From: Acanthaster planci
Taxonomy: Eukaryota
DNA: 64,000 bases
Reading direction: 5' to 3'
NCBI RefSeq assembly: GCF_001949145.1
Contig: NW_019091359.1
Coordinates: forward strand, 3,014,861-3,078,860
Of this stretch, positions 33,902-48,900 are shown piece by piece. Every line of letters begins with the position of its first letter. Within the stretch, counting starts at the first letter, position 1. The notes beneath the pieces are model-generated. The model had not been told where the DNA came from and searched no databases. It worked only from the letters and a program-made list of their open reading frames with translations. The translations under genes and the position numbers were made by a program.

Positions 33902-36900
33902 GTGAGTATGGACATTGTAAAGAAAGTTTAGACAAACCAGTTTACTTTTTGTTTATTTTCTGATTGAATTCCGGTGCATCTTTTGTGTGTTTTCCAATTG
34001 AATTTCCCAGTATTTCATCTGCTGAATTTGACTTTTGGGGGCACTTCATTGCTTTCAAATAACTAATAGGTCACTGCAGCGAAAATTAGTATACATTTTT
34101 CCCACTAGTACCACTAGTGGACACTATAAATAAACAAAACTTATATCACGAGAGAGCATGAGTTGAGGCAACTGAAAACCAAACTACCCGTAGTTTGGTT
34201 TTAATAAGAATTTACTGGGTAAGTTTGCAAAGGATATTGTAACCTATAAGTTAACCTACTTACATTCCACTGCAAAGTGAAAGAAACTTTGTTGACAATA
34301 TAGTGATGGACTACAGTGACCTTTTAGCCTTCCGGAAGCAAAACCATGTCCAGAAAACTTCAATTTAGAAGGGAAAATATGTACACTTACCAAGTCTCAT
34401 AGGTTTTGTGCATAGGGTGTCATGTATGGAACTCTTTCTAGAATGTTTTCAAAATGGGGAGAGATGAGCAGTTGTGAGACCATTGGTATCCATTAAGCCC
34501 TGTCCCATTGTCTGCCAAGAGTTGGGGGGTCATCACCCCTTTGATTAAAGTGGAAGGGGACCCTGCCTGCCCCTCCTGGCCCCCAACCCCCCCCCCTTCC
34601 ACTGCCAGTGTTGGTTGGTTAGTTCCCCCATGATTTCAGCACTCTCTGCAATCCATGCCATAGGCTACTTTAGCCATTTGTTGATGATGCTATTTTGGGC
34701 CCCAAATAACCAATTTGAACCAGCCAAATGCACCATCCTTTACCAGCCAAATTCCACAAATACTGGGAGTGGGGGCACCCAGAGTGCACATGTTCTTCCA
34801 AGGGGAATCCGAAAGTAAACTACAACTTGAATACAACTTGAATACAACGGGCAATGTTCAGTGGTCTAGAAGTCCAAGTTGTGGAAGTTGAAGTCTGCCT
34901 TATTGCTAGACTTCAAGTTGTGGAATGATGTGTACTCTGGTGCAAAGTGGTGATATGTTGTACTTCGGACCGATCTGTAGGCCTATCCACTGACATTCTG
35001 AAGGTCAAAGGTTTAAAATATAAGGAAAGAAGATTCCATGAAAGGTGTTAAGGGTTTCGGTCAACTTTGTTGCTAAGTGACAAGTACCCCCTCTTGACTT
35101 GTTGCATTGCCTGCATTTGCATTGAAGCATGATCATGTTTTTCATAAATTTACACTCGTACATGTAGATGCATGCAAGTAGTTGTTGCCACAAAGTCTGA
35201 AAATACAAGTTCATTGTTTAATCACAGTTAACAACCAACTCTAACGTCAACTTTTCAGCACTCGGCAAATTTCACATGATAAGTTCAAGGGATCTCCGTA
35301 TATTGACCTGTGCTTTAATAGACGAAGATTGTTAATGTCAATCTATCTATTTCTAATTTACTTTTTAAAACACTACAATTCTTTTTTTTCATAAATTATC
35401 TTGAAAATGATGGCAGCAAATTCTATTTAAGTGTTTGCCCTAACCTTTATCTTCTCATATTCTTTTCCACAACTTTTATTATTACGTGTATTTTATTTTG
35501 ACTCGCACAATGGAAGAGATTCTTGCTACATCCCTACAAGTCCTTCCAGCTTCTGAGAAATGAATTCATTTGAAACCAGAACTTGGAAACTGTTTTGATT
35601 TGGTTAGAACATGGAATGCTTCTGTTGTGAGTGTGATTTTTTTTAGTGAGAACTGAAGCCTCAAGAGCTGCTGTTATTTGCAAATGAGGTTAATATTTGT
35701 AGTTCTGTTTAGTTCGTCTTATAGTGCAGTAGATTTCCAAAAACATTGAGAAAAAAAACAAAAAGATAAAACCTTTACAAGGAAACTGTGTCTTTCTGGC
35801 AGGTTTTACAGATGATGGAAATTCCATCTGACTTCAACTTTCCCAATCCAGGTGAAGTCTTTGCTCCAATGTATGCACGTACATGTACATACTGAATTGG
35901 TACGTACGTGATAGAACAGATTTACTTCCTGGTGCATCAATTGCAATGTACATATAATTTTGAATCAAATTCCGGGTAGTTTAGCTCATGCACATGTATG
36001 TGGCTTATTATCCAACGCTTCACAGGATGAATATTGAGTTACCACCAGATGGATTGTGAAGTGATCAACCGGAAAACTTGAATTAAGTGACCTATGTAAA
36101 GGTTGCATACAGAATGCTGCTTGTTTTTTCTCGACCTTCTTGATGTGTTTCTAATATCTAATGTTTATTATTCTCCAAGCACAGGCATTTTTCCTCACTT
36201 TGCACTCAAAAAATGAAAAAATTCTTTGAAAACTCTTGTTTTTCACTCATTTTAAATATATTTTCAGTTCATTTTGAAAGCAAGATATTCAGAAATTAAA
36301 GTTCATGTAATCAAGTATTTTATGGGGGAGGTCATTGAAGAGAATAACTACTTGATTTTGAAAGTTTAGTTTTGGGGGTGAAATGACACCAAAACGTAAT
36401 AGCTCATAGGCGTTTGTTCATGATCAGCAGACACAAATTGTTCACAGATGGTTTTAAACTACCCATTGCTGCCCTTAAGTGATGGATCACAGAAGGTCTG
36501 AGAATTAAAGCTAACAGTAAGTGTGATGGTGTGCTCAAGAGACACAATGGGGATTTGAAGCTTGTTGTGTTATATATTTTTAGCATCCGAATGTGTGGGC
36601 GTGGGTGTTTTATGCCAACACGTAGGTACATGTACCTGTAAGCCTACAGGAACGGGTTAGGGTCCTGTAAATATAAATGCCTGTGGCCTTTATTCAGAAT
36701 ACATGTGCCCGTTTGTATCTTTGGATTGTCGGAAATTTTAGAATTCTTGTCAACTTTATTTATTCCACATTGTTTGTTTCATCTGTTGTAAACATTTCCT
36801 TAGATTGAATGTTTCATTGGTTTTGTATCTTTGTTTTTGACAGTGTATCAGTGTGTGAAATTAGGCCAAAAGAGTTTATTTTCACTTTGCTAAAATCAGC

Positions 36901-39900
36901 CTTTGATTGGACATATGTCAAGGTCGATCATCACAGAACACACTTGGACAGTTTAAAAGTGGTTGGAAAACATTTGGCTGAAGCCCGACTTCAATTTCAC
37001 GCTCCAGTGTACGTGTAGCTCTGTATAGTTGAATAGCACCAAAAATGTCGTTAAATACTTATGTAGGCCTGTACCGTGTCCACTTCAGCCACCAATGATT
37101 CAGATTCTAATCCTTGGAATGAAAGTAGCGCTGTGGAGGAGACCTCACTCTTAACTTTTCCTTTACCCGGCCTGGCTTGCATAGTTGTACATAGTGTCCT
37201 TGCATTCAAAGCAGTAGTGAAGTTAAGATACGGTATGTGTACAGGGTTCCATGGTAGCCAGGAAAAAGTCATGAAAAAAATCATGGAAATTTGTTTTCAT
37301 TTTCCAGGCCTCGAAAAGTCATGGAATTTTGTAAAAATGACTGAAGTCGTGGAAAGTCATGGAATTTTATAAAAATGACTAAAGTCATGGAATTTTATAA
37401 AAATGACTGAAGTCATGGAAAGTCATAGAATTTTTCGAACACTCTCTGTGATTTCTATTTATCAGACATAAGTGCATAAAATGCGTGATTTTATTCCCAA
37501 CTTTAAAATCTGAATAGTCCGAGAAATTGCGTTATTGGATCGTGGATTTTCATAGTTTGGTCATGGGAAAGTCATGGAAAAGTCACAGAATTGAATTGTC
37601 CTTTAAGTGCAGGAACCCTGTGCATACTGTGCGTCATTTCACCTTGGCGGCAGGGTCTCTCCCTAAGTGCCTGCAAGGTTGAAATGGAACAGGTTGAAAT
37701 GGAACAGAATAGAATATTATGTATTCCAGAAATTTGGTATGATTTGTGTATCAACATACAACATTGGAACCCTCTGGATCAAATTGTAAGTCTGGCTGTG
37801 AGAGATTCCTAAGGCCCTAAAGGCAAACCAACAATCGGTAACCTGCACACAAATACATGTATGCAGATATGGAGAAATTCTTCCCAGTTTGTTCTGAAGA
37901 CCTTGAGAACTGTAGGCCTAATTTTCCAACCATTTGTAATTGTACTCAAGTAGGCAGTGATTGTAGGTTATAGGAATTTGACATGCTCCAACGCATATGA
38001 CCCTTAACCATGCACTGAACTCACACCTTTGCATTAATATTCATGACCAGACTGGTATTGAATTAAGTTTTCCCATGCATCTCTGGTTGTACAATGCATT
38101 TCTGGCCTGTTTGCTACTAATTTGTCACTTTAGTTACACAAGTACATGTACTGATACCTGGTAAGTATTATTTTGAAAAATTAATATTATGCAGAATAAT
38201 ATTTGTAGGCATCCTGTGAAATCCAACATGTCTATACCTACGGATACATGTACTGGTACATGTACCAAATTGTAAAGTAAACTTGGTAAAACCCACACTG
38301 AAGTACGCAATATTGAGTTCACAGGTACGCAATATTGTCTGTTGACTCACAGCTGGGAAGGGGATTGAAGGAACCAATAATTTGGTTGCCAAGTTGTATT
38401 CTAACTAAACCAAGGAAAAGAACTAACCATAAAGCCATTCCTAAGACTACCATTTTGTGTTGATGTTTGCCTGTTTCCTTCAAGGACAAGGGTCAGTCTT
38501 TCCACCTTTGTTTGATTGTCAGTTTTTGGAGACTTTAACTATCAGGCAGCTTTACAGCTGTACACCTGTAGTTATTGGGGGTGTTCAGCCCTCCAGAGAC
38601 AAAAAGGATTATTGTCTTAATCTTGCACCGTATAGAGTGGCCCCCTTTATTCTGGTGGTATTCAAAGTTTTTCAAGATGTAAAAATCAGCAAGGTTGAAA
38701 ATGGGCATCTACAGGTTCTGTACAGTTTTATACATGAATACTCTCAACTTTCCTCCTTTAATGAGAAGCCAAAGTCAAGTGTGAACAGTGAGGAACCCCA
38801 CTAACCCATATATACATGTATGTACATGTAAATCAATCCACACTATTCAATCAAAAGAGGGCGCAATTTATAGGATGATAACCTTGTTCTGTTGTCAATA
38901 TACATGTATAAATCTGAAGGAATCCAGGGCTGAGTCTATTCAATAATTCACTATCGACCTTCCAATTGATCGAATTTCCAAATATTCGGACTGGCAGATT
39001 GTTGATGAACAAACCATATGCAAAATCAGTTGCAATAACACACACAGTTTTACATTATAATCAATATAACAACTTCCCACATCTAGGAGTATCTCCAGCC
39101 ACGGTTTAGCAAGANAAAGTCATGGAATTTTGTAAAAATGACTGAAGTCATGGAATTTTGTAAAAATGACTGAAGTCATGGAATTTTGTAAAAATGACTG
39201 AAGTCATGGAATTTTGTAAAAATGACTGAAGTCATGGAATTTTGTAAAAATGACTGAAGTCATGGAATTTTGTAAAAATGACTAAAGGAAAGTCATGGAA
39301 TTTTGTAAAAATGACTAAAGTCATGGAAAGTCATGGAATTTTGTAAAAATGACTAAAGTCATGGAAAGTCATGGAATTTTGTAAAAATGACTAAAGTCAT
39401 GGAAAGTCATGGAATTTTGTAAAAATGACTAAAGTCATGGAAAGTCATGGAATTTTGTAAAAATGACTAAAGTCATGGAAAGTCATGGAATTTTGTAAAA
39501 ATGACTAAAGTCATGGAAAGTCATGGAATTTTGTAAAAATGACTGAAGTCATGGAAAGTCATGGAATTTTGTAAAAATGACTGAAGTCATGGAAAGTCAT
39601 GGAATTTTATAAAAATGACTGAAGTCATGGAATTTTATAAAAATGACTGAAGTCATGGAAAGTCATGGAATTTTGTAAAAATGACTGAAGTCGTGGAAAG
39701 TCATGGAATTTTGTAAAAATGACTAAAGTCATGGAAAGTCATGGAATTTTGTAAAAATGACTGAAGTCGTGGAAAGTCATGGAATTTTGTAAAAATGACT
39801 GAAGTCATGGAAAGTCATGGAATTTTGTAAAAATGACTGAAGTCGTGGAAAGTCATGGAATTTTGTAAAAATGACTAAAGTCATGGAAAGTCATGGAATT

Positions 39901-42900
39901 TTATAAAAATGACTGATGTCATGGAAAGTCATAGAATTTTTCGAACACTCTCTGTGATTTCTATTTATCAGACATAAGTGCATAAAATGCGTGATTTTAT
40001 TCCCAACTTTAAAATCTGAATAGTCCGAGAAATTGCGTTATTGGATCATGGATTTTCATAATTTGGTCATGGGAAAGTCATGGAAAAGTCATAGGATTGA
40101 ATTGTCCTATAAGTGCAGGAACCCTGTGCATACTGTACGTCATTTCACCTTGGCGGCAGGGTCTCTCGGTAAGTGCCTGCAAGGTTGAAATAGAACAGAA
40201 TGGAATATCATGTATTCCAGAAATTTTGTATGATTTGTGTATCAACATATGACATTGGAACCCTGTGGATCAAATTGTAAGTCTGGCTGTGAGAGATTCC
40301 TAAGGCCCCAAAGGCAAACCAACAATCGGTAACCTGCACACAAATACATTTATGCAGATATGGAGAAATTCTACCCAGTTTGTTCTGAAGACCTTGAGAA
40401 CTGTAGGCCTAATTTTCCAACCATTTGTAATTGTACTCAAGTAGGCAGTGATTGTAGGTTATAGGAATTGGACATGCTCCAAAGCATATGACCCTTAACC
40501 ATGCACTGAACCCACACCTTGCATTAATATTCATGACCAGACTGGTATTGAATTAAGTTTTCCCATGCATCTTCTGGTTGTACAATGCATTTCTGGCCTG
40601 TTTGCTACTAATTTGTCACTTTAGTTACACAAGTACATGTACTGATACCTGGTAAGTATTATTTTGAAAAATTAATATTATGCAGAATCCTGTGAAATCC
40701 AACATGTCTATACCTACGGATACATGTACTGGTACATGTACCAAATTGTAAAGTAAACTTGGTAAAACCCACACTGAAGTACGCAATATTGAGTTCACAG
40801 GTACGCAATATTGTCTGTTGACTCACAGCTGGGAAGGGGATTGAAGGAATCAATAATTTGGTTGCCAAGTTGTATTCTAACTAAACCAAGGAAAAGAACT
40901 AACCATAAAGCCATTCCTGAGACTACCATTTTGTGTTGATGTTTGCCTGTTTCCTTCAAGGACAAGGGTCAGTCTTTCCATCTTTGTTTGATTGTCAGTT
41001 TTTGGAGACTTTGACTGTCAGGCAGCTTTACAGCTTTACACCTGTAGTTATTGGGGGTGTTCAGCCCTCCAGAGACAAAAAGGATTATTTTCTTAATCTT
41101 GCACCGTATAGAGTGGCCCCCTTTATTCTGGTGGTATTCAAGGTTTTTCTAGATGTAAAAATCAGCAAGGTTGAAAATGGGCATCTACAGGTTCTGTACA
41201 GTTTTATACATGAATACTCTCAACTTTCCTCCTTAATCAGAAGCCAACGTCAAGTGTGAACAGTAAGGAACCCCACTCATCCGTATATACATGTATGTAC
41301 ATGTAAATCAATCCACACTATTCAATCAAAAGGGGGCGCAATTTATAGGATGGTAACCTTGTTCTGTTGTCAATATACATGTATAAATCTGAAGGAATGT
41401 AGGGCTGAGTCTATTTGAATAATTCACTATCGACCTTCCAATTGATCGAATTTCCAAATATTCGGACTGGCAGATTGTTGATGAACAAACCATATGCAAA
41501 ATCAGTTGCAATAACACACACAGTTTTACATTATAATCAATATAACAACTTCCCACATCTAGGAGTATCTCCAGCCACGGTTTAGCAAGATTGAAGAGAT
41601 GAACAAGANNNNNNNNNNNNNNNNNNNNNNNNNNCTTCTTGCCCTGTTCAAAATTTCTATTACTTTTAAATTGTTTAAAGAATAATTTACTTTTTAAATA
41701 GTTGTAAGATTTCTGATGCTTTTAATTTGAATCTGCTTTAAACAAGCCTCCATAGTGCAATTTTTCTCATTTAAAACAAAAGAAAATTTTCCCTTCCTTT
41801 TCATGAATTTTGCATTCGAATATTCAAATTTGAAAAATACTATTTGATTATTCAATAATCGATCAAATAATCGGTTATTTGGATATTCAGCATAGCACTA
41901 AAGGAATTGATACTCAGTGGCAATATATGATTCAATACAGAATGAAATGTACTGTGACATCAATTAATATTAACACTCATGGAAGAAGGGAGGGAAATTT
42001 TTTAAAAAGCACGAAGGGTCTTGAACTAAGGCTGTTTTCCTTTTATGTACATGTATTTGAGTTTTTTGGGGGTGGGTGGGTGTTGAAAGAAAGAAACTTG
42101 ACCTGGATTCATTCTTCACCTCTGGAGATTGTACTGACAGTCCTCCTACATATATATGCATGCTTGCTTCGATGCATAAAGTTCTTACAACACGGGTATT
42201 ACTCTGGTTACTTGAAGAAGCTCACTTCACGGCGGGACCTCCACAGTCCACGGTCCACCTCCAGCAAAAGCTCTTGGGGTTCAGATTTACTGGAAAACAA
42301 TTCAGTGGATAAAATGCTGTTTGATAGAATATATTGGATTATGAGTTACATGTACATGGAGTTAAGACCTTGCTGTTTGCACGCAGCAGAGGGCCTACTA
42401 CTAAATGAAGGGATGGCAGTTGATTGGCTTAAAGTCATGTTTATCTTTAAGCAAATAGGAGCGACTTCATTCCCTACGAGATTACAGTACGTGTCCTGTG
42501 ATTGGCTTACTCAGATAATACAGCTTAAAACAGTAGAGTTTATTTTATGAAATGATTTGTAATAAAAATGGTGTATAATGCTAGACACAATCATGCACTT
42601 TTCTACTTGTTACATTCTCAGTTATAGGTGAGCAGATTAAGTGATTTCATTCTGGGTGATTTTCATTAGCTTTGTCAAAGCATGAAAATTTTTATTATTT
42701 ATCCATCGTTTCGAAATGTTGTCGTAATTATGATTTTTTTTGGTAGGAATTATTTTGGATGTGTACATGTACTGTATGTGGTGTGTCAATCGAAGATATT
42801 TTGGAATGTGTTCTCTGTGTGGTGATACCTGTTTTTCTTTTGTACTCTCAAATTCACTATCGCCTTTGGAAATAAATTCAGCTGTATGTCTCGTCTAGCC

Positions 42901-45900
42901 ACTTGGTCACCTGTTCTGAGGACAGGCAGAAAAAATTTGGATAGGCAGATGGCGTGTTCAAGATTCACTAGTCCCAATTTGACGTAAATTTTGAACACTG
43001 GTGATCAAGTCTTCACATTTCCTTCCTAAATTCTGGATGTTGTGGAAATACATGTATACTTCTTCAGGTAGCAGCAAAGAGGTGTCAGTTTCAACAGTTT
43101 TCCTGGAAGAAGCTGGGAATGGACAGAGATCCTGCAGTCCTAACCCTGATTCAGCTGTTGTATACATTGCAGGAAAGCTTTTTAAGAAGAACTTTTGAGA
43201 AACATTGGGGACATTTTTCGTGAAGCAGTACACCTGTGCATGACTCTGTTACAAAGTCACAATGCCAGTATCAATTTGTTCAGTTTGGATGAAAGTTGAA
43301 TTTGGATGAAGCGGAAACAGAGAGGGCATACAATACCGTGGATGTCAAATTCTTCTGCAGTGCTTATTGAAGTTAAGAGAACTGCATTTATTTAACATAC
43401 TATATGTCCAAATATTTATATGAGCCCAATTTCTTGGCTTTACTGACTTGAAGCAATGAATCTGTGGTTACACTAAAAGAGAGTTATGCACGGATTCATT
43501 CTTGGTGCCATGGGCAGAAATCCCAGGGTGACAGGGGGGGACACACCCCCCCATGAATTTGGTACGGGGAACACAATGTGGAATGTCCCCTCCATATTTT
43601 AAGCAAAACAAAATACTAAAGGAATTGATGGATGGTGAATTTTCCCTTTTATGGAATAAGATAATAAACATGGTGTGCATAAAAAAAGTGTAAATGAATG
43701 TCCCCCCCCACAATCGAGGAGTGATTTCCGCCCATGCTTGGTACGAAAGTGAAGATGAATTTGAAATTTGTGGCATGTTGAACGAAACATTCAGGCTGTG
43801 AATTTGCAAAATTTAACACATTTCAACTTAAGCCAATTTACATATATGATGACAAATTTGCTTCACTTTCGCATTTGCCTGACTATGAACCAGCCTTTAG
43901 AGTATTTCACTGGTTAGCAAAGAATTGGGGCATATTGCATATATCCCCCAACTAACAGTGTCCTTGTGGAATAGTACAGAATTTCTTTGCCAGTGCTTGA
44001 AGGCAAAGAATGGTGCATTGAGTGTTGTGCTTGGCACTTGGACAGAGCCATAACATTAGGCCCTCACACTACTGGGTAGTTTTGTCCAGGCTCTGATCAT
44101 TACTGCTTATCATCATACCTGCAGATTCTGATGCCGATTCTAAGCAACCTGATGAGTCCAAGCCATCTAGCATAGCAGAGAGGGCCCGGCTGTTCTCAGC
44201 AGAGGACCCCAGAGTTGGTGCCCATTGCCAGCACATTCATTCTCCTGCTGGCGCTGGTTCCCTGGCTGCAAGAGCATGGGGCGAGTGTGGAGACCAGGGA
44301 GATGCTGAAGACGGTTTCTCCGGTGGTAAGCAGGAATGTTTCAAACTCTTTTAATTTCACAAGTTTAGTGTTGAGCCATGGCTTCTTCTTGCAGACAGCT
44401 TGTGCATGTCGAGAGGCTTTGTTTTGTTTGTCTTCACATATCAGTCATTTTGACCATGCTTGCTTTTTACATTGTGACATATCTGTACCTATCTGGGTGA
44501 ATCATTATAAAACCCTAATCTTTTTCTCCCTTAGCCTGGTTGGGGATTGGTTTGTCACAAATAACTATTGTTTACTTACAGATCTATTAGGACATCTTCA
44601 TACCAGTGCATGTAAGTTGAAGTCTCAAAACATTAAAGAGAGAAATCTGATGGATGCCATGGTTGGCTTGTGCTCAAAGAACTTGCTTAATTCTTTCCAC
44701 TGTGTCCTGTGGTTTGATTCCCGGACTGAGCCATTTATTTGTTTGTTGGTTCTCTCCTCTGTCATGAGAGTTTTTCTAGTGTCTCCAGTTTTCTTCCCTC
44801 TTCAAAAAATCGACACCTACAGTCTCACACTGTTGTCCATGGGTCACTGGCAGCTGCCTGAGGTGTCCTTGTATATCTTTGGCCCAGTCGTAATGTAGCT
44901 CAATGTAGGCCTATTGTTGAAAAGTGCGTCAAAATATACACGTAATTGCATGGAATTTGTGATTAAAAAAGAAAGAATTGTAAATTATTATCACAACCTG
45001 TAAAAAGTTGCTAGCGTATCAATGGTACTAAGTAGTATAACAGCTATCCCAATATTTGTAAAAACAATTGAAGTTGCAAAGGACTGGTAGGCCTTATTTT
45101 GAAACAAGCAGGGCTCAGAGGGTTTGTACAGTATGTTCATCTACATGTACTTCCTTGATTGTCTGTCAGATCCTTGACCAGCACTACCATTTCCATGAAT
45201 TCCGACTCCACATTTTCAGACGTGGGTTCCCCCAATATTTTTGTAGCTTACAGTGTACGTAGGCCTGCGTTGTAGTTCCCACCTGTTTGCACTTCCTGCT
45301 TAGCTTATGAGCCTGATTTAATTTTCAACGATTTTTACTGACAAATTGACATAATCTGATAATTTTTGCCAGTTGGTCCATGGATGCAGTATCTTTGCTG
45401 ACACAATTGTTGACATGGATCATTTCAGATATGTGGGAAATGGTGATTTTTAGTTTTGTGTGTGTATTTTGGGGGGTTTTCTTATGAAAATTGCCGGGAT
45501 GGCAAATTCTCAAAAGAATAATCCCCCTCCCCCAAAAAAACAATTCAGACTTGTTCTTAATTTGACTATTTCATTTTCCATGAGTGAATGATGATATAAA
45601 TATCTGGTGTTGTCTTTACTTAACCTGAACAAAACCCACAAGTGATGAGATACTCTTCAAGCTTATAAAATGACAGATTGTAGTAGACTTGAGGAGGTCA
45701 GATACATGTACATGCATTGTATGTATATGTATGCATGGGCCCCGTGTACATGTACATGCAGAACAAGGAAGTGACATGTACAAACGAAATTTTCCATTTC
45801 AGTATGAACTGAATTGTGTTTATTTCACTTTGAATTAAACTTTTTCCAGACTGCTAGGTATCTCAATGAAATGATCACTTTGTTGTGTAGCTACATTATG

Positions 45901-48900
45901 GCATCATTGACACTGAGTTTGAGTTCTTTGTGGAATATTGTCTGTGGGTTAGGCACATTCCAAAGATCCTTTACAATATTCTTTTTCCTTGTTAGTACAA
46001 AAGGCATTGTACACACTTATCGTACATAAGTGTGTTTTTCTGTCCGGTCTTGACTGTCTTCTACTGTATCTACAGCCGAAGGTTACCCACGCATGTATAG
46101 TCACAGCACTGTACATGTTTTTGAATAAATGAATTAATTTATTCTGTTTGTCTGTTTGATCAAGTTCATTCAAGTGCAGACATCCTGTGCGTGCTTCACC
46201 TTATGTGAATCCACTTAACTTCATTCAGCATGAAGTGGAAACCATACTCTTGTGTATGCACGTTTTTGTTTTTTGCAAATGAATAATAGAAAAAAGTGGA
46301 AAAAATTCAAAGCTTTCAAAAATAATCTTTCCAATGAAACTGAATGGTTATTACTGTTCTGTGAAATTACACAGGTTGCAGCAGTAATATTTCTTCATTT
46401 CTTTGCTGATTTTTTTCCATAGTTGCACTGTACCAGTATGAATTCTTAATTTAGCTTAATATATACATACATGTATATATACTTTTACATATTGCTTATT
46501 TCGATTAAAACTAAACGTAACAGAGCATTATGGTGAAACCTTCACACAGGTTTGAAAATACTAGTTGTTTTTATTCCTTGTGTCCATAGATGCTTTTGAG
46601 CATTGGTTTATACATACATGTATACCCACATATTAGTACATTGTAGTCACATGTTTTATATTGTACAATATTTGATGGTTGTATTTGTCAATGGAGCTAT
46701 TTTACGGTCAGGGACTGTGCCAGAGTAGAGTCATTTGCTAAAAGGTTTCACCTCAGAAGCTTTGGTTGTTTCTGGTGGCAGTAACATGAACAAACATGAA
46801 GCAGAATGCTGATTTGTTCATTGTGGACACTGTGCCATTTAGCATCACACAAATAAGAAACGCCTATTTGGATTCCACTGGTTATGCATAGCCCCCTCTT
46901 GTGGTGAGTTGGTTTATGTATTTCCACCCCATGAGCACATGTAATAGAATGGGGAAGTATCCATAGTCTACATTCCGTTGTTGAAACATCCTGGATTGCT
47001 TTGCTTTCCCTTTGAGGAAAGATTTTCATTGAATAGTACGGCTGGACAAATTCTGTGAAATGAAGTCACTCTGAATTGTACGTGTGTATTGAGCAAGTGA
47101 AACGTGGATAATCAATGCAAGTGTTATTTAGGTCCAAAATGGCGCTTACATAAAGAGACACATTGCACCAATACGCTGATTTCAATGTTTAAGAAGGCAC
47201 GAAGGAAGCAGTCCATTCCAGAGATGGTGGTTGCAATGCAAATGTTATCCAAATTTAATTTGCAAAAGGCTTATTTAATGAAGCCAGTTATTTCTAACAG
47301 CATGAGTTTCTCAGTTCAGTTTGCCACGTAAACAGTACAACTTCCATAATTGTACTATTCTTTGGCATGTACATGTATGATTCCACTCAAATACTTGCAA
47401 GTGAAACCAAATGTTGGAAGTGTATTTCTGTCTGTTCAACATGCATACCATACATGTAAAATAATCCTACATATTCAGGGTACAGTGAAGGAAGAGTGTA
47501 TGGCACGCGGGTGTTCATGTTACAAAGATCCAATTCCTGGTTTAAGTTAATCCTAAAATTTCAGTTTCACAATTACCTGTAGTACAAAAAAGGCTCTGGT
47601 TTGCTTCATAGATCTCACTTCTATGACTGCAGTCGAATGAAGATGTCATGGCCATAATAAGTACTTGTTGAGATTGTACATGTACGTGTGTGTTTGAATT
47701 TACTGCTGAGGACATCATCAAATTTTTGAATTCCTGTAAGAGTGTGTCCCCTTGGAGCCATTTCTTGTGTTCTTACAGTGTCTTGTATGTTAAACATCTT
47801 TCTGTGCTTTGCATTTATGTCTGTTTGCATGACTAACCAAAACCTTTGTTCGTGCATGCTTGTATTTGAATCTTAGAGCTCACCACCAGTAGGAAGGTTA
47901 GTAGTAGTAAGACTAGAAGGAATCAGCAAGGGCAGGGTACCAGTTCACCAGTGGCTCCCTCAGGTCTGCAGAAGATCATCCCAAGATGGTTTTGGAGAAA
48001 TCGGTTCAAATCAGGGGATCAGAAGGACTGTAAGACCGAAGTTCAGTCTCGAGATATTGTATCATTTGGGAGTGTGGATATACATGACAGTAAGTCAGAA
48101 GACTTGTCTCCTGATGTGGGTCAGCCAGATGCTTCTGAGAAACTCACAAATGTATCGTCAGAGGTCCCTGGCTGCGTAGAGGTACTGATTCACTCATCGT
48201 CTCACCCAGAGGTGGTAGAAGACCCTACTCCAAAAGGTGGATCCTCAGAGAGAAATCTAGAAAAGGCAAAGAGGTTTGGAATGCTGGAAATTGTTGGATA
48301 TCAGGGTCATTCTTCCCTACAAGCCACAATGTCAGAAAGTGCTTGGCTGTCCCAGCATCTTTGCAAGGTTCTACCAACTGAAGAAGCATCTACTGAATCT
48401 GACAACAAGGAGGCAGTCTTGCCATCACTCCACAGGCCAAATGAGAAAGCTAGCAGAGAAAGAAGAGTACCTAAACATCTGCCAGACCCTCCCTTCAAGG
48501 AAACATCCTTTCTGGATACTGTTGCTGAAGACGAGTCGTCACAACTGACACCACACCCAGTTATCCTCAAACAGGCACATCAAAAAGGTACCAAGCCTTT
48601 ACCTTCTGCTCCCAGCCATGAGATTGGAAAGTCTGGGATTGGGGGAGCTGCAAATCAGTCACCTCAAGTCCATCGCCAGGAAAGAAATGAATCTGCATCA
48701 TCCATTGAGAAAGTTAGTAAACCCCTACCCAAGGTCCCTGTCAAAGATACTCCTTTAGTAACTACTCACCTGAGGGCTGAAGAGCGAGTAACAGCAGTGT
48801 CCCAGCCTACGACGTGTCTTATTCCAAATGTGTCAGCTGAGAAAGTGGAAGTGATTCCCAGTGCTCCAGAGAGAGAAGGTCATGCCCCCAAATCTAGTTA

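Noticed and set aside
35803..35851. Possible micro-exon between AG and GT sites
   Set aside because: In-frame TGA in the required phase-1 frame.
39116..39940. CRISPR-like appearance of the 28/38-bp array
   Set aside because: Head-to-tail units with no unique spacers, no cas genes, and an intronic eukaryotic context.
43068..43171. Possible extra RhoGEF exon (GSSKEVSVSTVFLEEAGNGQRS..)
   Set aside because: Plausible acceptor but no good phase-compatible GT donor before the stop.
44215..44898. 227-aa ORF with a signal-peptide-like start
   Set aside because: Non-ATG start, out-of-frame reading of the 44125-44325 exon running into AT-rich intron; no recognisable domain.
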